A stretch of DNA of 63,864 nt, counting the filler, from Octopus bimaculoides (Eukaryota): the NCBI RefSeq assembly GCF_001194135.2. It is 8 parts of 6 records of this genome, joined end to end, with 100 filler letters (N's around TTAATTAATTAA, not from the genome) between each part and the next. Parts side by side here need not be neighbours in the genome. Positions count along the whole stretch, not along the records: positions 61,746 to 63,864 come from NW_026331809.1; 7 more parts are not named here. One strand, written 5' to 3'. Of this stretch, positions 62,343 through 63,864 are shown piece by piece (the stretch's first letter is position 1; every line of letters begins with the position of its first letter). Below the pieces are notes generated by a model. That model was not told the DNA's origin, did not search any database, and saw only the letters and a program-made list of their open reading frames with translations. The translations under genes were made by a program, and so were the position numbers.

Positions 62343-62697
62343 TTGGGTTGTCCGGAAAGTTCGTGCCGATTTATATTAGCTTACATTTCGACTTATTTTA
62401 GAACACAATTGAGTCCATAAAATAGGATTTGACTACACCTCCATTTAGAGCACAGTTTAAGCTATCTTTTCGTGGAAGAAGGTTTATGTTCCTATAACCA
62501 GTGTAAATTCTGTAGCCCTTTAAAATGGAAGATAAGAAAGTTCATTTTCGGCACTTGATGCTTTTCTTTTTCTGTAAAGGGAAAAATGCTTCACAAGCAG
62601 CCAAAGAAATATGCGCAGTTTATGGTGATGTTTCTTTATCCGAAAGAACTGTACGGAAGTGGTTCGCAAGGTTCCGAGCTGGAGATTGTAACCTTAT
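62343..62697 (+). mobile_element. Mariner 5' end: TIR plus uninterrupted transposase N-terminus (ATG 62525), remainder lost in a gap
   Basis: TA-TTGGGTTGTCCGGAAAGTTCGTGCCGATTT; MEDKKVHFRHLMLFFFCKGKNASQAAKEICAVYG...RTVRKWFARFRAG HTH. Confidence 0.9.
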
Positions 62698-63864
62698 NNN
62701 NNNNNNNNNNNNNNNNNNNNNNNNNNNNNNNNNNNNNNNNNNNNNNNNNNNNNNNNNNNNNNNNNNNNNNNNNNNNNNNNNNNNNNNNNNNNNNNNNNNN
62801 NNNNNNNNNNNNNNNNNNNNNNNNNNNNNNNNNNNNNNNNNNNNNNNNNNNNNNNNNNNNNNNNNNNNNNNNNNNNNNNNNNNNNNNNNNNNNNNNNNNN
62901 NNNNNNNNNNNNNNNNNNNNNNNNNNNNNNNNNNNNNNNNNNNNNNNNNNNNNNNNNNNNNNNNNNNNNNNNNNNNNNNNNNNNNNNNNNNNNNNNNNNN
63001 NNNNNNNNNNNNNNNNNNNNNNNNNNNNNNNNNNNNNNNNNNNNNNNNNNNNNNNNNNNNNNNNNNNNNNNNNNNNNNNNNNNNNNNNNNNNNNNNNNNN
63101 NNNNNNNNNNNNNNNNNNNNNNNNNNNNNNNNNNNNNNNNNNNNNNNNNNNNNNNNNNNNNNNNNNNNNNNNNNNNNNNNNNNNNNNNNNNNNNNNNNNN
63201 NNNNNNNNNNNNNNNNNNNNNNNNNNNNNNNNNNNNNNNNNNNNNNNNNNNNNNNNNNNNNNNNNNNNNNNNNNNNNNNNNNNNNNNNNNNNNNNNNNNN
63301 NNNNNNNNNNNNNNNNNNNNNNNNNNNNNNNNNNNNNNNNNNNNNNNNNNNNNNNNNNNNNTATATATGGAATGTATTTTACTATGTAAATAAATATGTA
63401 TGCGTGTGTATACACGCACATATATTTGCATATATATACATGTGCATATATGCATATACATGTGCATTTAAATTAATACATTATGCAGTATTTTGCATAC
63501 ATCTGCTCCTGTTTATAGGTACACAATCATTCAAACACGTTTAAAACTACAAGTGAATTTCCATCTGATTATCGCTGATTCCCCCCCTCTCTCCCACTGT
63601 CACTGTCTCTCTCTCCGTCTCTCTCTCTTTCTCTCTCCGTCTCTCTCTCTTTCTCTCTCCGTCTCTCTCTCTTTCTCNNNNNNNNNNTCCGTCTCTCTCT
63701 CTTTCTCTCTCCGTCTCTCTCTCTTTCTCTCTCCGTCTCTCTCTCTTTCTCTCTCCGTTATTCTTTATCTAAATATATTAACATGCATACACATCTTCAT
63801 TCACAAACATATATATGTATGTATGTATTATGTATGTATGTATCTATCTATCTATCTATCTATC

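Overview
AT-rich, microsatellite-dense, gap-ridden eukaryotic scaffold. It is most likely Octopus (inference from recognisable octopus-type SINE families and repeat style). Nearly all ORFs in the six-frame track are microsatellite or N artefacts. One spliced host gene is supported: a + strand CCDC148-family coiled-coil gene with 8 coding exons between 11339 and 32025. One internal exon and the last ~2 exons are not visible. The rest is a repeat landscape: tRNA-derived SINEs, mariner/Tc1 remnants, MITEs, RTE/CR1/R4-Dong LINE fragments, Helitron-like ends and large fold-back palindromes. Seven 100-bp artificial spacers (N44-TTAATTAATTAA-N44) mean long-range adjacency is uncertain. The most interesting signal is a set of minimal type-I hammerhead ribozyme motifs with palindromic stem III, of the kind known from Penelope-like element termini. 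One is fully intact (46564-46621), one is near-intact inside an inverted pair (57312-57568), and three are degenerate or truncated. This ribozyme class is established; I cannot tell whether these copies or families are described. I found no evidence for a wholly new multi-gene system.
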